Of a stretch of 55,181 nt of DNA, positions 18,849-27,574 are shown in pieces. Origin of the DNA: a virus; IMG/VR virus record IMGVR_UViG_3300020187_000002, one strand, 5' to 3'. A program made the position numbers and the translations under genes. The notes beneath the pieces were generated by a model, which worked only from the letters and a program-made list of their open reading frames with translations, ran no database searches and had not been told where the DNA came from. Each line of letters starts with the position of its first letter. The first letter of the stretch is position 1.

Positions 18849-19624
18849 TGACTAAGAAAAGCGAAGTAGCCGAAGCAGGCAAAAAAGATGTGGCAGTATT
18901 TAATCCTGCCATGATGGAACAGGATGCCGGAGCAGGCATGGACAACATGGGGACTGAAGACTTAGCTCTTCCATTCCTTAAAGTCTTGTCGGGTAACGAT
19001 CCTGTGTTGGACGAAAATGAAACGGCACGTAAGGGTGATATATACAACACCGTTACTGGTATTCCGTACAAAGGTAAGGATGGGGTGCGAGTAGTACCCT
19101 GCGCTTATCAGCGTAGGTTTATCCAGTGGGCTCCGCGTGGCAGCGGAAGCGGTGCGCCCATGGCAATTTATGAACCGGGAGAAGAACGTCCAAAGACAGA
19201 GCGTTCGCCAGATGACAACAAGGAATATGTTGCAAATGGTGATGGGTCTTACATCGAAGAGACCCACCAACACTTTGTCCTTCTACTCAACGATGACGGG
19301 TCATACGAGACCGCCCTCATCGCAATGAAATCCACACAGCTTAAAAAGAGCAGAAAGTGGAATAGCATGATGGCGTCTCGCTCAATGCAAGGTCAGAACG
19401 GGCCGTTTACACCGCCCCGTTACAGCCACATCTACCACCTTAAAACGGTATCTGAGGAAAACTCCAAGGGTTCGTGGCACGGTTGGGAAATGTCCTGCGA
19501 AGGTGTCATTGAGGATGGCGCTCTGTATGCCCGCGCAAAGGGTTTTGCAGAGAGCATCACCGCAGGCGATGTTGTGGTGAAACATACGGACGACGAAGAC
19601 GGCGGTAAATCAACACCGTTTTAA
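18848..19624 (+). CDS. Hypothetical replication-module protein (possible ssDNA-binding/annealing role by position only)
   Basis: 258-aa ORF with TAATG coupling to the upstream gene, followed by a strong terminator. Confidence 0.55.
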   Translation: MTKKSEVAEAGKKDVAVFNPAMMEQDAGAGMDNMGTEDLALPFLKVLSGNDPVLDENETARKGDIYNTVTGIPYKGKDGVRVVPCAYQRRFIQWAPRGSGSGAPMAIYEPGEERPKTERSPDDNKEYVANGDGSYIEETHQHFVLLLNDDGSYETALIAMKSTQLKKSRKWNSMMASRSMQGQNGPFTPPRYSHIYHLKTVSEENSKGSWHGWEMSCEGVIEDGALYARAKGFAESITAGDVVVKHTDDEDGGKSTPF

Positions 19625-19631
19625 TAGTCAC

Positions 19632-19665
19632 GCGGCGGGGTACTTAGTGCCCTGCCGCTTTTTTT
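19632..19665 (+). terminator. Rho-independent terminator
   Basis: GCGGCGGGG / CCCTGCCGC stem followed by T7. Confidence 0.7.
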
Positions 19666-19669
19666 CCGT

Positions 19670-21217
19670 ATGGGGGCACCAATGTCAGTAGAAAAATTTA
19701 TGGCCATATTCGATGGCCTGAAGGAAGCCCACGGCTACTTCAAAATAGAAAACACAGGCGCTAATGGTAAAGCCAAAGGTAAGGCTGGCGTCCTACGTGA
19801 ACCCCAAACGAAGAAGCTTTGGGAGAACCACCTGTCCGGTGAGGGCAGTGGATTGGGTATCATACCCATCAACGAAGACAACATGTGCAAATGGGGTTGT
19901 ATTGACGTGGACCAGTATCCACTCGACCACAAGATGCTTGTCGATAAAATAAGAAAGTTAAAGCTACCTTTAGTAGTATGCCGGTCCAAGTCTGGTGGCG
20001 CACACTGCTTTTTGTTCTCAAAAGAATGGGTGCCTGCGAAGGATATGCAGAAGTCTCTGCAACATATGTCCGCGGCCCTTGGTTATGGCGAGAGTGAGAT
20101 ATTTCCAAAGCAGATTAAGTTGCACCTAGACCGTGGTGACGTTGGAAACTTTCTCAACCTGCCATACTACGATCACGAGAATGGTCTGCGATACGCAATA
20201 TTAGACGATGGCACGTCTGCTGAACTAAATGAGTTCATAGACCTGTACGAAAAATATGCACAAACACCCGAAGAAGTCGTTAAGCTACAGATAGTAGACA
20301 CAGGTGAAACGGACCTGATGAAAGACGGACCGCCTTGTTTACAGATACTTTGTAAGCAGCGCATTAGCGAGGGAGGTAGAAATAATGGTCTATTTAACAT
20401 CGGGGTATACTTACGCAAGGCGTACCCAGATAGTTACGAGTCGGAAATCCTACGTTACAACATGGAGTACCTGTCTCCGCCATTGCCACTACCAGAGGTC
20501 AACATAGTTGCGAAGCAGCTAGACCGCAAAGACTACGCCTACAAGTGTTCAGATGCGCCGATCAACGCGCATTGCAACAAAGAACTGTGCCGCACACGTA
20601 AATTCGGCATAGGAGCCGCTGTAGCGGGCGCTACGATAGCGAACCTACGCAAGTATAACTCTACCCCTCCCGTCTGGTTTATGGACGTTAACGGCGAACC
20701 ACTGGAGTTAGACACTGAGGCTCTGATGAGCCAACCCCTATTTCAGAAATACTGCATGGAGCAACTTAACTTCATGCCACGGTCCGTTGCCAAGCAGCAA
20801 TGGGAAAGCCGGATCAGTACCCTGATGACTGAGATGCGCGACAACGAAAGCGCGATCATTGAAGTATCACAAGACGCCAGTATCAGCGGTCAGTTCTACG
20901 ATTACCTTGAAGAGTTTTGCAGCCACCTACAGCAGGCGCAAGACAAAGAAGAAATACTGTTACGCCGCCCTTGGACCGATGAAGAGGAAGAAGTTACTTA
21001 CTTCAGGCTCAAGGACTTTGAGAGTTATTTAAAGAAAAATAAATTCTTTGAATACAAGTCGCATAGGATTGCGCAGAGGTTAAGAGACATTAACGGCGAT
21101 AGTATTGTATTAAAGATCAAGGGACGCGCAGTACGTGTCTGGAAGATACCGGCCTTTGATAGCACTGAGGTAGATTTAAAAACACCGTCCTTCTCTCAGG
21201 GGGAGGCTCCGTTTTGA
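19670..21217 (+). CDS. AEP-type primase-polymerase (prim-pol)
   Basis: 515 aa. 'GCIDVDQY' (DxD) and 'SKSGGAHCFLF' (sGxGxH) are AEP motifs. An alternative start is at 19682. Confidence 0.8.
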   Translation: MGAPMSVEKFMAIFDGLKEAHGYFKIENTGANGKAKGKAGVLREPQTKKLWENHLSGEGSGLGIIPINEDNMCKWGCIDVDQYPLDHKMLVDKIRKLKLPLVVCRSKSGGAHCFLFSKEWVPAKDMQKSLQHMSAALGYGESEIFPKQIKLHLDRGDVGNFLNLPYYDHENGLRYAILDDGTSAELNEFIDLYEKYAQTPEEVVKLQIVDTGETDLMKDGPPCLQILCKQRISEGGRNNGLFNIGVYLRKAYPDSYESEILRYNMEYLSPPLPLPEVNIVAKQLDRKDYAYKCSDAPINAHCNKELCRTRKFGIGAAVAGATIANLRKYNSTPPVWFMDVNGEPLELDTEALMSQPLFQKYCMEQLNFMPRSVAKQQWESRISTLMTEMRDNESAIIEVSQDASISGQFYDYLEEFCSHLQQAQDKEEILLRRPWTDEEEEVTYFRLKDFESYLKKNKFFEYKSHRIAQRLRDINGDSIVLKIKGRAVRVWKIPAFDSTEVDLKTPSFSQGEAPF

Positions 21218-21246
21218 GCAAGATTAAAAGTGCGCATTGGAGAAAG

Positions 21247-21378
21247 ATGAGAGACCTCGATATTGTGGACATGATTGATAGACAACGTATGACCATGACC
21301 GCAGTAGCTAAGTTTTGGGGAATATCAAAACAGCGAGTGCAACAGATATATAGCAGGGAGAAAAAGAAGGATGTTTAG
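21247..21378 (+). CDS. Small HTH-like protein (43 aa, below the track cutoff)
   Basis: Read by eye: 'MRDLDIVDMIDRQRMTMTAVAKFWGISKQRVQQIYSREKKKDV'. Fills the gap between prim-pol and helicase. A TTG at 21214 is also possible. Confidence 0.35.
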   Translation: MRDLDIVDMIDRQRMTMTAVAKFWGISKQRVQQIYSREKKKDV

Positions 21379-22888
21379 AATCTTTGGCCCTCCGGGTACA
21401 GGTAAGACCACGACACTACTTAACATGGTAGACAAGGCGTTGGAAGAAGGCACACCACCTGATCGTATTGCTTTTCTAGCCTTTACCCGAAAAGCGGCAA
21501 ATGAGGCAAAAGAACGAGCGGCAGCACGTTTCAATCTGGACCCCAAGGAAGACTTAATATTCTTCCGAACGCTGCATAGTCTGGCGCTCACGATGTCGGA
21601 CATACGTCCAGAGCAGGTGATGCAGGAAGAGAACTACCGTGAACTGAGCCGCACCATTGGTGTGGAACTGGGTGGGCAAAAGAACACGTCGATAGATGAT
21701 GACGTGCCTAGCATGGTAGCCAGCAGTGATCCTATTCTTGGTTTAATTAACTTAGCCCGACTGCGTAAGGTAAACCTGCGCGATCAATACAACATTAGCT
21801 CTATCGAACAGGATTGGACCACAGTTAACTTTGTCGATAAGTGCTTGCGGGAATACAAAGAAAGCATGGGTCTGTTTGACTTTACCGATATGCTGGAGCA
21901 GTTTGCATTGGGCGGAGCTAAGTTTTGCCCGGAGTTTGATCTGTGTTTTTTAGATGAAGCGCAAGACCTGTCCCCATTACAGTGGGACATAGCGCATCTT
22001 TTGGATAGTCAGTCAAAGAAAATGTACTGCGCAGGGGATGATGACCAAGCCATCTACCGATGGGCGGGTGCCGACGTAGACCATTTTATTAACTTACCCG
22101 GTGGATCAGAAATACTGTCCCAGTCCTACCGGATACCTGCACGTGTCCATGACGTGGCGGAAAATGTCGTGCGTCGCATCGCCAGAAGATTTCCGAAAGC
22201 CTATAAGCCCCGTGAAGAACCCGGCAATGTGACGCGGATTACCACTATCAACTCGCTAGATATGGCGCAAGGGGATTGGTTGATTTTATCGCAGGCAGGC
22301 TACCAATTAACGCCAGTGGCCCACGACCTAAAGTCAAACGGCTACCTGTTCAACTACCGCGGCAGACGGTCCATCAGCGAAAAGATAAGCGAAGCCGTTA
22401 ATGGTTGGGAGCAACTGCGACGTGGTAAAGAAATATCAGGCAAGGTTGCACGTGTCGTGTTTGGCTACATGTCGATAGGCGAACGGGTCACACGCGGCTA
22501 TAAGAAGCTGCCGGGTGTAGCTGACGAAGACCTTTTAACTTTTGATAAATTAGTTTCCGATCATGGTCTGCTTGCAGATAAAGATATGATCTGGTCCGTT
22601 GCTATGGATAAGCTGCCCGCTACCGACCGCGCCTATGTCACGGCACTGCTGCGTCGGGGCGAGAAGTTTAATGGCATTCCCCGTATCACAGCGTCCACGA
22701 TCCACGGATCAAAAGGTGGCGAGGCGGATAATGTCGTGCTGTTCACGGACCTCAGTCCAGCAGCGGACACACAATTCCAACAGAACCCGGATGACACACA
22801 CCGGGTTTTTTACGTGGGGGTAACCCGTGCAAAGCAGAACTTATATATAGTAGATGCTGAAGATGTATCACGGAGCTATGACCTATGA
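21371..22888 (+). CDS. SF1 (UvrD/RecD-like) DNA helicase
   Basis: 505 aa with 'GPPGTGKTT' (Walker A), 'LDEAQDLSP' (motif II) and 'VGVTRAKQNLYIV' (motif VI). Confidence 0.85.
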   Translation: MFRIFGPPGTGKTTTLLNMVDKALEEGTPPDRIAFLAFTRKAANEAKERAAARFNLDPKEDLIFFRTLHSLALTMSDIRPEQVMQEENYRELSRTIGVELGGQKNTSIDDDVPSMVASSDPILGLINLARLRKVNLRDQYNISSIEQDWTTVNFVDKCLREYKESMGLFDFTDMLEQFALGGAKFCPEFDLCFLDEAQDLSPLQWDIAHLLDSQSKKMYCAGDDDQAIYRWAGADVDHFINLPGGSEILSQSYRIPARVHDVAENVVRRIARRFPKAYKPREEPGNVTRITTINSLDMAQGDWLILSQAGYQLTPVAHDLKSNGYLFNYRGRRSISEKISEAVNGWEQLRRGKEISGKVARVVFGYMSIGERVTRGYKKLPGVADEDLLTFDKLVSDHGLLADKDMIWSVAMDKLPATDRAYVTALLRRGEKFNGIPRITASTIHGSKGGEADNVVLFTDLSPAADTQFQQNPDDTHRVFYVGVTRAKQNLYIVDAEDVSRSYDL

Positions 22889-23091
22889 CAAAAATAACAT
22901 TTAAACAGTATCTGGAAATGATGCGAGAAGCTGAAGATAAGCACGGCGCTGTTTTTGAACAAGAAATCTCTGAACGAGACTGGAACAACCCTCTTATCAA
23001 AGATGAGGAAATGCCCGGTCTTACTTTAACTTGGGACAAAGAACTAAACGAATGGTGCGTGTTCGGTCCCCTCAACCAAACGGTACATTAA
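22885..23091 (+). CDS. Hypothetical small protein
   Basis: 68-aa ORF with 4-nt overlap to the helicase gene. Confidence 0.5.
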   Translation: MTKITFKQYLEMMREAEDKHGAVFEQEISERDWNNPLIKDEEMPGLTLTWDKELNEWCVFGPLNQTVH

Positions 23092-23092
23092 A

Positions 23093-23422
23093 ATGAAACG
23101 AGAGGAACTCCTGCGTCAAGCGGAGAAGCTTATCAATGGGCAACGCGCAAAGGATTATGGCGATGCACACCACAACCACAACAGGATAGCCGTTGGTTGG
23201 AACGAAATAATTAAAGGTGCAATCGCATCGCACGGTCATCTTACCGCGGCTCACGTGGCTTTGATGATGGATTGGGTAAAGACCAGTCGCTTAATAGAAA
23301 CGATTGACCACACTGATTCGTGGTTAGACAAAGCAGGATACACGGCCCTTGGGGCAGAGTTCACTCATAAGGAAAACAAGAATGGCAAAACTACAAATGG
23401 CAATGTTCGCTCCAAAAAGTGA
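23093..23422 (+). CDS. Hypothetical protein commonly found next to phage polymerases (DUF6378-like, from memory)
   Basis: 109 aa. The pattern 'GQRAKDYGDAHHNHNRIAVGWNEI...VALMMDWVKTSR' matches that family. Confidence 0.5.
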   Translation: MKREELLRQAEKLINGQRAKDYGDAHHNHNRIAVGWNEIIKGAIASHGHLTAAHVALMMDWVKTSRLIETIDHTDSWLDKAGYTALGAEFTHKENKNGKTTNGNVRSKK

Positions 23423-25277
23423 GTGGATACCTCCGCTAGAACTTCCGGACATTACGTCCGCGAAGAAGATAGCCATCGACGTTGAAACACGCGACCCGAA
23501 CCTGAAGAAGCACGGTCCCGGTTGGCCAACAGGTGATGGTGAGGTGGTGGGTTACGCTATAGCAGTAGATGATTGGTCGGGGTACATTCCGGTTCGTCAC
23601 TTCGGTGGTGGCAATCTGGATGAGAAGCAGGTCAACAAGTGGCTGAAAAAAGTATTCGAGTGTCCTGCCGATAAGATCATGCACAACGCGCAATATGATC
23701 TGGGCTGGATAAAGCAGATGGGTTTTCAGGTGAATGGCCGGATCATTGACACAATGATTATTGCCTCCCTGTTAGATGAGAACAGATTTAGCTACAGCCT
23801 GAACGCTTTGTCCTACGATCACTTAGGTAAAGTTAAATCAGAGAAAGGTCTAGTGGAGGCGGCGCGGGAGTTCGGTGTCGATCCGAAAGCAGAAATGTGG
23901 AAGATGCCCGCCATGTATGTCGGACCGTATGCGGAGGGCGATGCTGAACTTACCCTCGAACTCTGGAATTACTTCTCCGTTCAACTTGGCAAAGAGGGCT
24001 TGTGGCCTATCGCTAATCTCGAACTTGACCTCCTCCCATGTCTTGTTGACATGACGATGCGAGGTGTTCGGGTTGACACGGAGAAAGTCGAGCGAACGAG
24101 GGATAGTCTGCTCAAGCGGGAACGGGAAGTCTTGAAGGAGATCAAGCGCATCAGCGGTAGTAATGTCGAAATCTGGGCTGCACAGTCGCTCGCCAAAGCG
24201 TTCGATAAAGTCGGAGTCCACTACCCACGCACTGAAAAGGGCGCACCTAGCTTCACTAAACTCTTCCTCCAAGAGCATGAGCATCCCCTCGCGCAACTCG
24301 TCACCCAAGCTCGGAACCTGAATAAGACATCCGGCACCTTCATCAATACAATCATGAAGCACTGTCACGCTGATGGTCGAATACACTCCCATATCAATCA
24401 AATCCGCTCTGACGATGGAGGAACCGTATCGGGCCGCATCTCCATGTCCAATCCTAATTTGCAGCAAATCCCGGCCCGCGATCCTGAACTGGGTCCGATG
24501 ATTCGTTCGTTGTTTCTTCCTGAAGAAGGTGAACAGTGGGCGGCCATTGACTTCTCGCAACAAGAACCGCGCATCTTGGTACATTATGCGCATGTATATG
24601 GTAAAACGCGAGGCGTTCCGTTAGAAGGTGCAGCCGATTTTGTGAAGGCGTACAACGACGATCCAGCTACTGACTTCCATACCATGGTGGCGGAGATGGC
24701 TAACATCCCGCGGAAGCAGGCCAAGACGATTAATCTAGGCATGATGTATGGCATGGGTGTGAACAAACTGTCCGAACAACTGGACGTGTCGGTGGAGGAA
24801 GCTAAAAAGCTGACGAAGCAATACCACGACCGCGTACCGTTTGTTAAAGGTTTGATGACCGGTGTCATGAATCGACTGAACGAGAAATCATCTGGCGGTT
24901 CGCTGCACTCGCTGCTGGGACGCAAGTGCCGGTTCGATCTGTGGGAACCCGATACGTTCGCCATGAACAAAGCAATGCCATACAAAGAAGCGGTTGACGA
25001 ATATGGGCCCACGACCCGACTTAAACGTGCCTATACCTACAAGGCGCTCAATCGTTTAATCCAAGCATCTGCTGCGGATATGACGAAAAAAGCGATGGTC
25101 GATCTGTACAAGCAAGGCATTCTGCCCATGCTCCAGATACACGATGAGATTGCCATGTCGGTGAAAAACATCGACGAAGCAAACGCCGTGGCAAAAGTTA
25201 TGGTGGATGCGGTGCCGCTCGAAGTGCCATCCAAATGTGACGTGGAAATCGGACCATCGTGGGGAGAGGCGAAATAA
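23382..25277 (+). CDS. Family-A DNA polymerase with 3'-5' exonuclease domain
   Basis: 'IAIDVETRD' (ExoI), 'DFSQQEPRIL' (motif A), 'RKQAKTINLGMMYGMG' (motif B) and 'QIHDEI' (motif C). I prefer the ATG at 23382 (RBS AAGGAA) over the track start at 23349. Confidence 0.9.
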   Translation: MAKLQMAMFAPKSEWIPPLELPDITSAKKIAIDVETRDPNLKKHGPGWPTGDGEVVGYAIAVDDWSGYIPVRHFGGGNLDEKQVNKWLKKVFECPADKIMHNAQYDLGWIKQMGFQVNGRIIDTMIIASLLDENRFSYSLNALSYDHLGKVKSEKGLVEAAREFGVDPKAEMWKMPAMYVGPYAEGDAELTLELWNYFSVQLGKEGLWPIANLELDLLPCLVDMTMRGVRVDTEKVERTRDSLLKREREVLKEIKRISGSNVEIWAAQSLAKAFDKVGVHYPRTEKGAPSFTKLFLQEHEHPLAQLVTQARNLNKTSGTFINTIMKHCHADGRIHSHINQIRSDDGGTVSGRISMSNPNLQQIPARDPELGPMIRSLFLPEEGEQWAAIDFSQQEPRILVHYAHVYGKTRGVPLEGAADFVKAYNDDPATDFHTMVAEMANIPRKQAKTINLGMMYGMGVNKLSEQLDVSVEEAKKLTKQYHDRVPFVKGLMTGVMNRLNEKSSGGSLHSLLGRKCRFDLWEPDTFAMNKAMPYKEAVDEYGPTTRLKRAYTYKALNRLIQASAADMTKKAMVDLYKQGILPMLQIHDEIAMSVKNIDEANAVAKVMVDAVPLEVPSKCDVEIGPSWGEAK

Positions 25278-25279
25278 GT

Positions 25280-25308
25280 TTGACACGTATGCGATGATAT
25301 GCGATATT
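25280..25308 (+). promoter_or_regulatory. Sigma70-like promoter, TTGACA-N17-GATATT
   Basis: Lies directly after the polymerase stop and upstream of the 25340 gene. Confidence 0.5.
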
Positions 25309-25339
25309 CTTCGATTCAACACATTACGGAGAGTGGCAC

Positions 25340-25615
25340 ATGAAAATCGAACTGGCTTATTACGAGGTTATGGATGCAATCGAAAAGTATGTTTTTGAAA
25401 AGTACAACATGAAAGTAGATATGTATGAAGACACTGAGTTTTGCGAGACCGAAAACACTACTTTGATACGCCAACCAAAGAAACATAAAAACGGCAAGGA
25501 TGTCAAAAACGAACACGGTTACATTATGTATGAAACCGTGGGTGAAGAAACAAAAATGACGGCTTTTAAACAATGTGATTCGTTTATATGCCATTTGTTT
25601 AGACATGACGATTGA
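25340..25615 (+). CDS. Hypothetical AT-rich moron-like gene
   Basis: 91 aa with RBS 'TACGGAG'. It has its own promoter and terminator and is visibly more AT-rich than its neighbours. Confidence 0.5.
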   Translation: MKIELAYYEVMDAIEKYVFEKYNMKVDMYEDTEFCETENTTLIRQPKKHKNGKDVKNEHGYIMYETVGEETKMTAFKQCDSFICHLFRHDD

Positions 25616-25636
25616 AGACAATCTATATGATCCTGA

Positions 25637-25659
25637 AACCCTGCTTCGGCGGGGTTTTT
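25637..25659 (+). terminator. Rho-independent terminator (TTCG tetraloop)
   Basis: AACCCTGC-TTCG-GCGGGGTT followed by a T-run. Confidence 0.65.
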
Positions 25660-25660
25660 C

Positions 25661-25689
25661 TTGCATTCTTATATATGTTCCTATATTAT
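25661..25689 (+). promoter_or_regulatory. Sigma70-like promoter, TTGCAT-N17-TATTAT
   Basis: Immediately after the terminator and upstream of the RHH gene. Confidence 0.45.
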
Positions 25690-25724
25690 CGTAGATATAT
25701 ATTCCGGGGGCATCGGAGCAAAAA

Positions 25725-25901
25725 ATGGACACAACACGTTGGAAAAGCATTCTCGTACCACGCGAGGTGTATGAAGAGATAAAAGAACTGTCAAAAGCAG
25801 AAGGCCGAACCATCGGCGGACAGCTAAGACTGGTCTTCGAGTGGTACAAAGAAGCCGCGAAACACGGCGCTCGAACCGAACAAGACGAGCAGCAAAGATG
25901 A
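25725..25901 (+). CDS. Ribbon-helix-helix (Arc/CopG-type) DNA-binding protein (58 aa, below the track cutoff)
   Basis: Read by eye: 'WKSILVPREVYEEIKELSKAEGRTIGGQLRLVFEWY' fits a beta-alpha-alpha pattern. RBS GGAG upstream. Confidence 0.55.
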   Translation: MDTTRWKSILVPREVYEEIKELSKAEGRTIGGQLRLVFEWYKEAAKHGARTEQDEQQR

Positions 25902-26092
25902 ATTACGACTTCATCGTGCGAGTAGTTGGTGGAGAAGGTTTCTTACCGGTAACGCGGGACAATCAAGGTTTCGGTTATCTACCCATCATCAAAGACGAAC
26001 ACGGTAAAGAAGTTTATCGGGGTGAGTTCAGACAATCCGCCGAAGAAGCGTTGGAAGATTGTAAAAATAGGATGCCAAGGATATGCGATTAA
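25898..26092 (+). CDS. Hypothetical 64-aa protein, translationally coupled to the RHH gene
   Basis: ATGA overlap at 25898-25901. Same frame as the track ORF 25841..26092. Confidence 0.5.
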   Translation: MNYDFIVRVVGGEGFLPVTRDNQGFGYLPIIKDEHGKEVYRGEFRQSAEEALEDCKNRMPRICD

Positions 26093-26163
26093 GTGTTGCT
26101 TATCCCATACATTGGACCTATACTGTAGCTGAACATGTGAATCATGTTCTCCGTAGTTGACCC

Positions 26164-26205
26164 TGACCCCAGTACGGTTGCCCCCGGCTGGGGTCATTCT
26201 TTTTT
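26164..26205 (+). terminator. Rho-independent terminator
   Basis: 9-bp stem TGACCCCAG/CTGGGGTCA followed by a T-run. Confidence 0.7.
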
Positions 26206-26216
26206 AGGAGTAGTAA

Positions 26217-26435
26217 ATGGCAGATAAGATTTTTGTAAACGGGCTAAGAATACAAAAGCCACGCGACAATGCACCTGACTTCGTGAAAGCGAATATCAGC
26301 ATAAACCGCGCAGAACTTCTGACATGGCTCACGGCTCAAACCGATGAGTGGGTAAACGCGCAAGTATTAGATAGTAAAAATAAACCGGGTAACTGGTATG
26401 TGGAGGTAGACACGTGGAAGCCGAAAAGCGAGTAA
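26217..26435 (+). CDS. Hypothetical small protein
   Basis: 72-aa ORF with RBS AGGAG 7 nt upstream. Confidence 0.55.
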   Translation: MADKIFVNGLRIQKPRDNAPDFVKANISINRAELLTWLTAQTDEWVNAQVLDSKNKPGNWYVEVDTWKPKSE

Positions 26436-26590
26436 GCGACATCGAATGGTCTTGGGCGGTATCAACCATCAATAAGGTGGTCAACGAAGCTCTGGATAAA
26501 GCAGAGAACGACACGGACCTCAAACCCAAAGAACGGCTGCAACGATCCCTAGAGATCGAAAAAGCATGGCAACGGATTTTACAGGGCTAA
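26414..26590 (+). CDS. Possible 58-aa protein (GTG start)
   Basis: GGAGG lies 7 nt upstream of a GTG at 26414. The frame is open to TAA at 26588-90. Helical, charged sequence. Confidence 0.3.
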   Translation: MEAEKRVSDIEWSWAVSTINKVVNEALDKAENDTDLKPKERLQRSLEIEKAWQRILQG

Positions 26591-26742
26591 CCCTAGAAGC
26601 CCTCGCATTTATGCTTTTCGGAGCATTTATGGGAATAATGTTCCGGGGTGCGTACTTGATCGTTCAAGACAAAGAACGAGAGTTTCAACGACGCAAAAAA
26701 TTAAGAGAGGAAAACCATGAAAGCACTACTAACCATAGATGA
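26566..26742 (+). CDS. Possible 58-aa membrane protein
   Basis: ATG at 26566. Hydrophobic 'LTLEALAFMLFGAFMGIMF' followed by a basic tail. Weak RBS. Confidence 0.3.
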   Translation: MATDFTGLTLEALAFMLFGAFMGIMFRGAYLIVQDKEREFQRRKKLREENHESTTNHR

Positions 26743-27067
26743 AGTCTGCGAAATCGCAGGCGTATCCAAGCCAACCGTGTACCGTAAGGTCAAACTAGGC
26801 GAGTTCCCAGCACCTACCAAAGTGCCAACAACCGCGACCCGCGGACCAAAGCTCGTTAACCGTTGGAAAAAAGGCGCAGTCCTAGATCACGTCAAAGCGC
26901 ATAGCGCAGCAGACGCCGTGGCTAACCCACCCATAGAAGATACCGATACACACTGGTATGAGTACGCTTCCCCCGTCAAAACACCATGGACCGAAGAACA
27001 TAAGTATTCGATCATGGCTGTAATAGGTGGATTGCTTGCAGGATTGGCCGTCTGGATTTTTAAATAA
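26717..27067 (+). CDS. AlpA/excisionase-type HTH protein with C-terminal transmembrane helix
   Basis: 'LLTIDEVCEIAGVSKPTVYRKVKLGEFPAP...VNRWKKGAVLDHV' is AlpA-like. The C-terminus 'YSIMAVIGGLLAGLAVWIF' is hydrophobic. Confidence 0.7.
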   Translation: MKALLTIDEVCEIAGVSKPTVYRKVKLGEFPAPTKVPTTATRGPKLVNRWKKGAVLDHVKAHSAADAVANPPIEDTDTHWYEYASPVKTPWTEEHKYSIMAVIGGLLAGLAVWIFK

Positions 27068-27530
27068 CAGGTGGCCCGACCCCCGGTCTTTGATCCCAGA
27101 ATGCGCGAACGCAAACCGGCTTTAGGAGTGCCAGAGGCCGGGCCGATGGGGATTATGCAACATTTTTAGACAGTGGCCCACCCCCAAACGTTAAGGGGAT
27201 GCAGGCAGGAAGCCCGCGAGAGGGTCGAAGAGGGTGGACCAAGACTCATTATGCAACATTCGCGGCTCACGGTACATATTTAACGGCGTTTCTGTATATA
27301 TAGAGATATAAATAGAAATAAATATTTTTAGTGAAAATAGCCGTAACCGGTGTAACCGTGTAACCGGAGCGGTTAAACCCTTGTTATATATAGAGATATA
27401 AGGTTACATAAGTAGAAAACAAATAAGTAACCGTACAAAAGTTTATGTAACCAAAATAGCAAGATTGCGTATAAGGGCTCAAAAAGTTTTTTCATTTATT
27501 TTTATTTTCTTGTCTATATATACTAAAGCG
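27068..27530. repeat. Non-coding hub with several direct-repeat families plus an AT-rich tract (candidate ori/regulatory/packaging region)
   Basis: - GTGGCCC(G)ACCCCC x2 (27071, 27173).
- ATTATGCAACATT x2 (27152, 27248).
- TATATATAGAGATATAA x2 (27295, 27385).
- GTAACC x5 direct (27343, 27352, 27360, 27427, 27447) plus one inverted (27402). Confidence 0.75.
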
Positions 27531-27574
27531 GGCTAAGTTGTGGCAAACTATCGGTTAATAACTGGAGAATTAAA

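Noticed and set aside
23850-24593. 247-aa minus-strand ORF inside the polymerase gene, and similar antisense ORFs at 12766..13245, 46184..46648, 47335..47793, 25316..25849 and 30449..30835
   Set aside because: Each lies opposite a + strand gene with clear family motifs or operon coupling, or spans terminators and promoters. None has an RBS or a recognisable motif.
26717-27260. AlpA-like gene plus adjacent repeats as an excisionase/attP lysogeny module
   Set aside because: The complete genome has no integrase, recombinase or repressor-type gene, and the HTH protein carries a TM anchor. I interpret it as regulatory or origin-related instead.
27068-27260. tRNA or tmRNA-like gene in the GC-rich part of the intergenic hub (also checked 46091-46253)
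   Set aside because: I could not fold a cloverleaf. 'GAGGGTCGAAGAGGGT' is a direct repeat, not an inverted one, so there is no T-arm and no acceptor-stem pairing.
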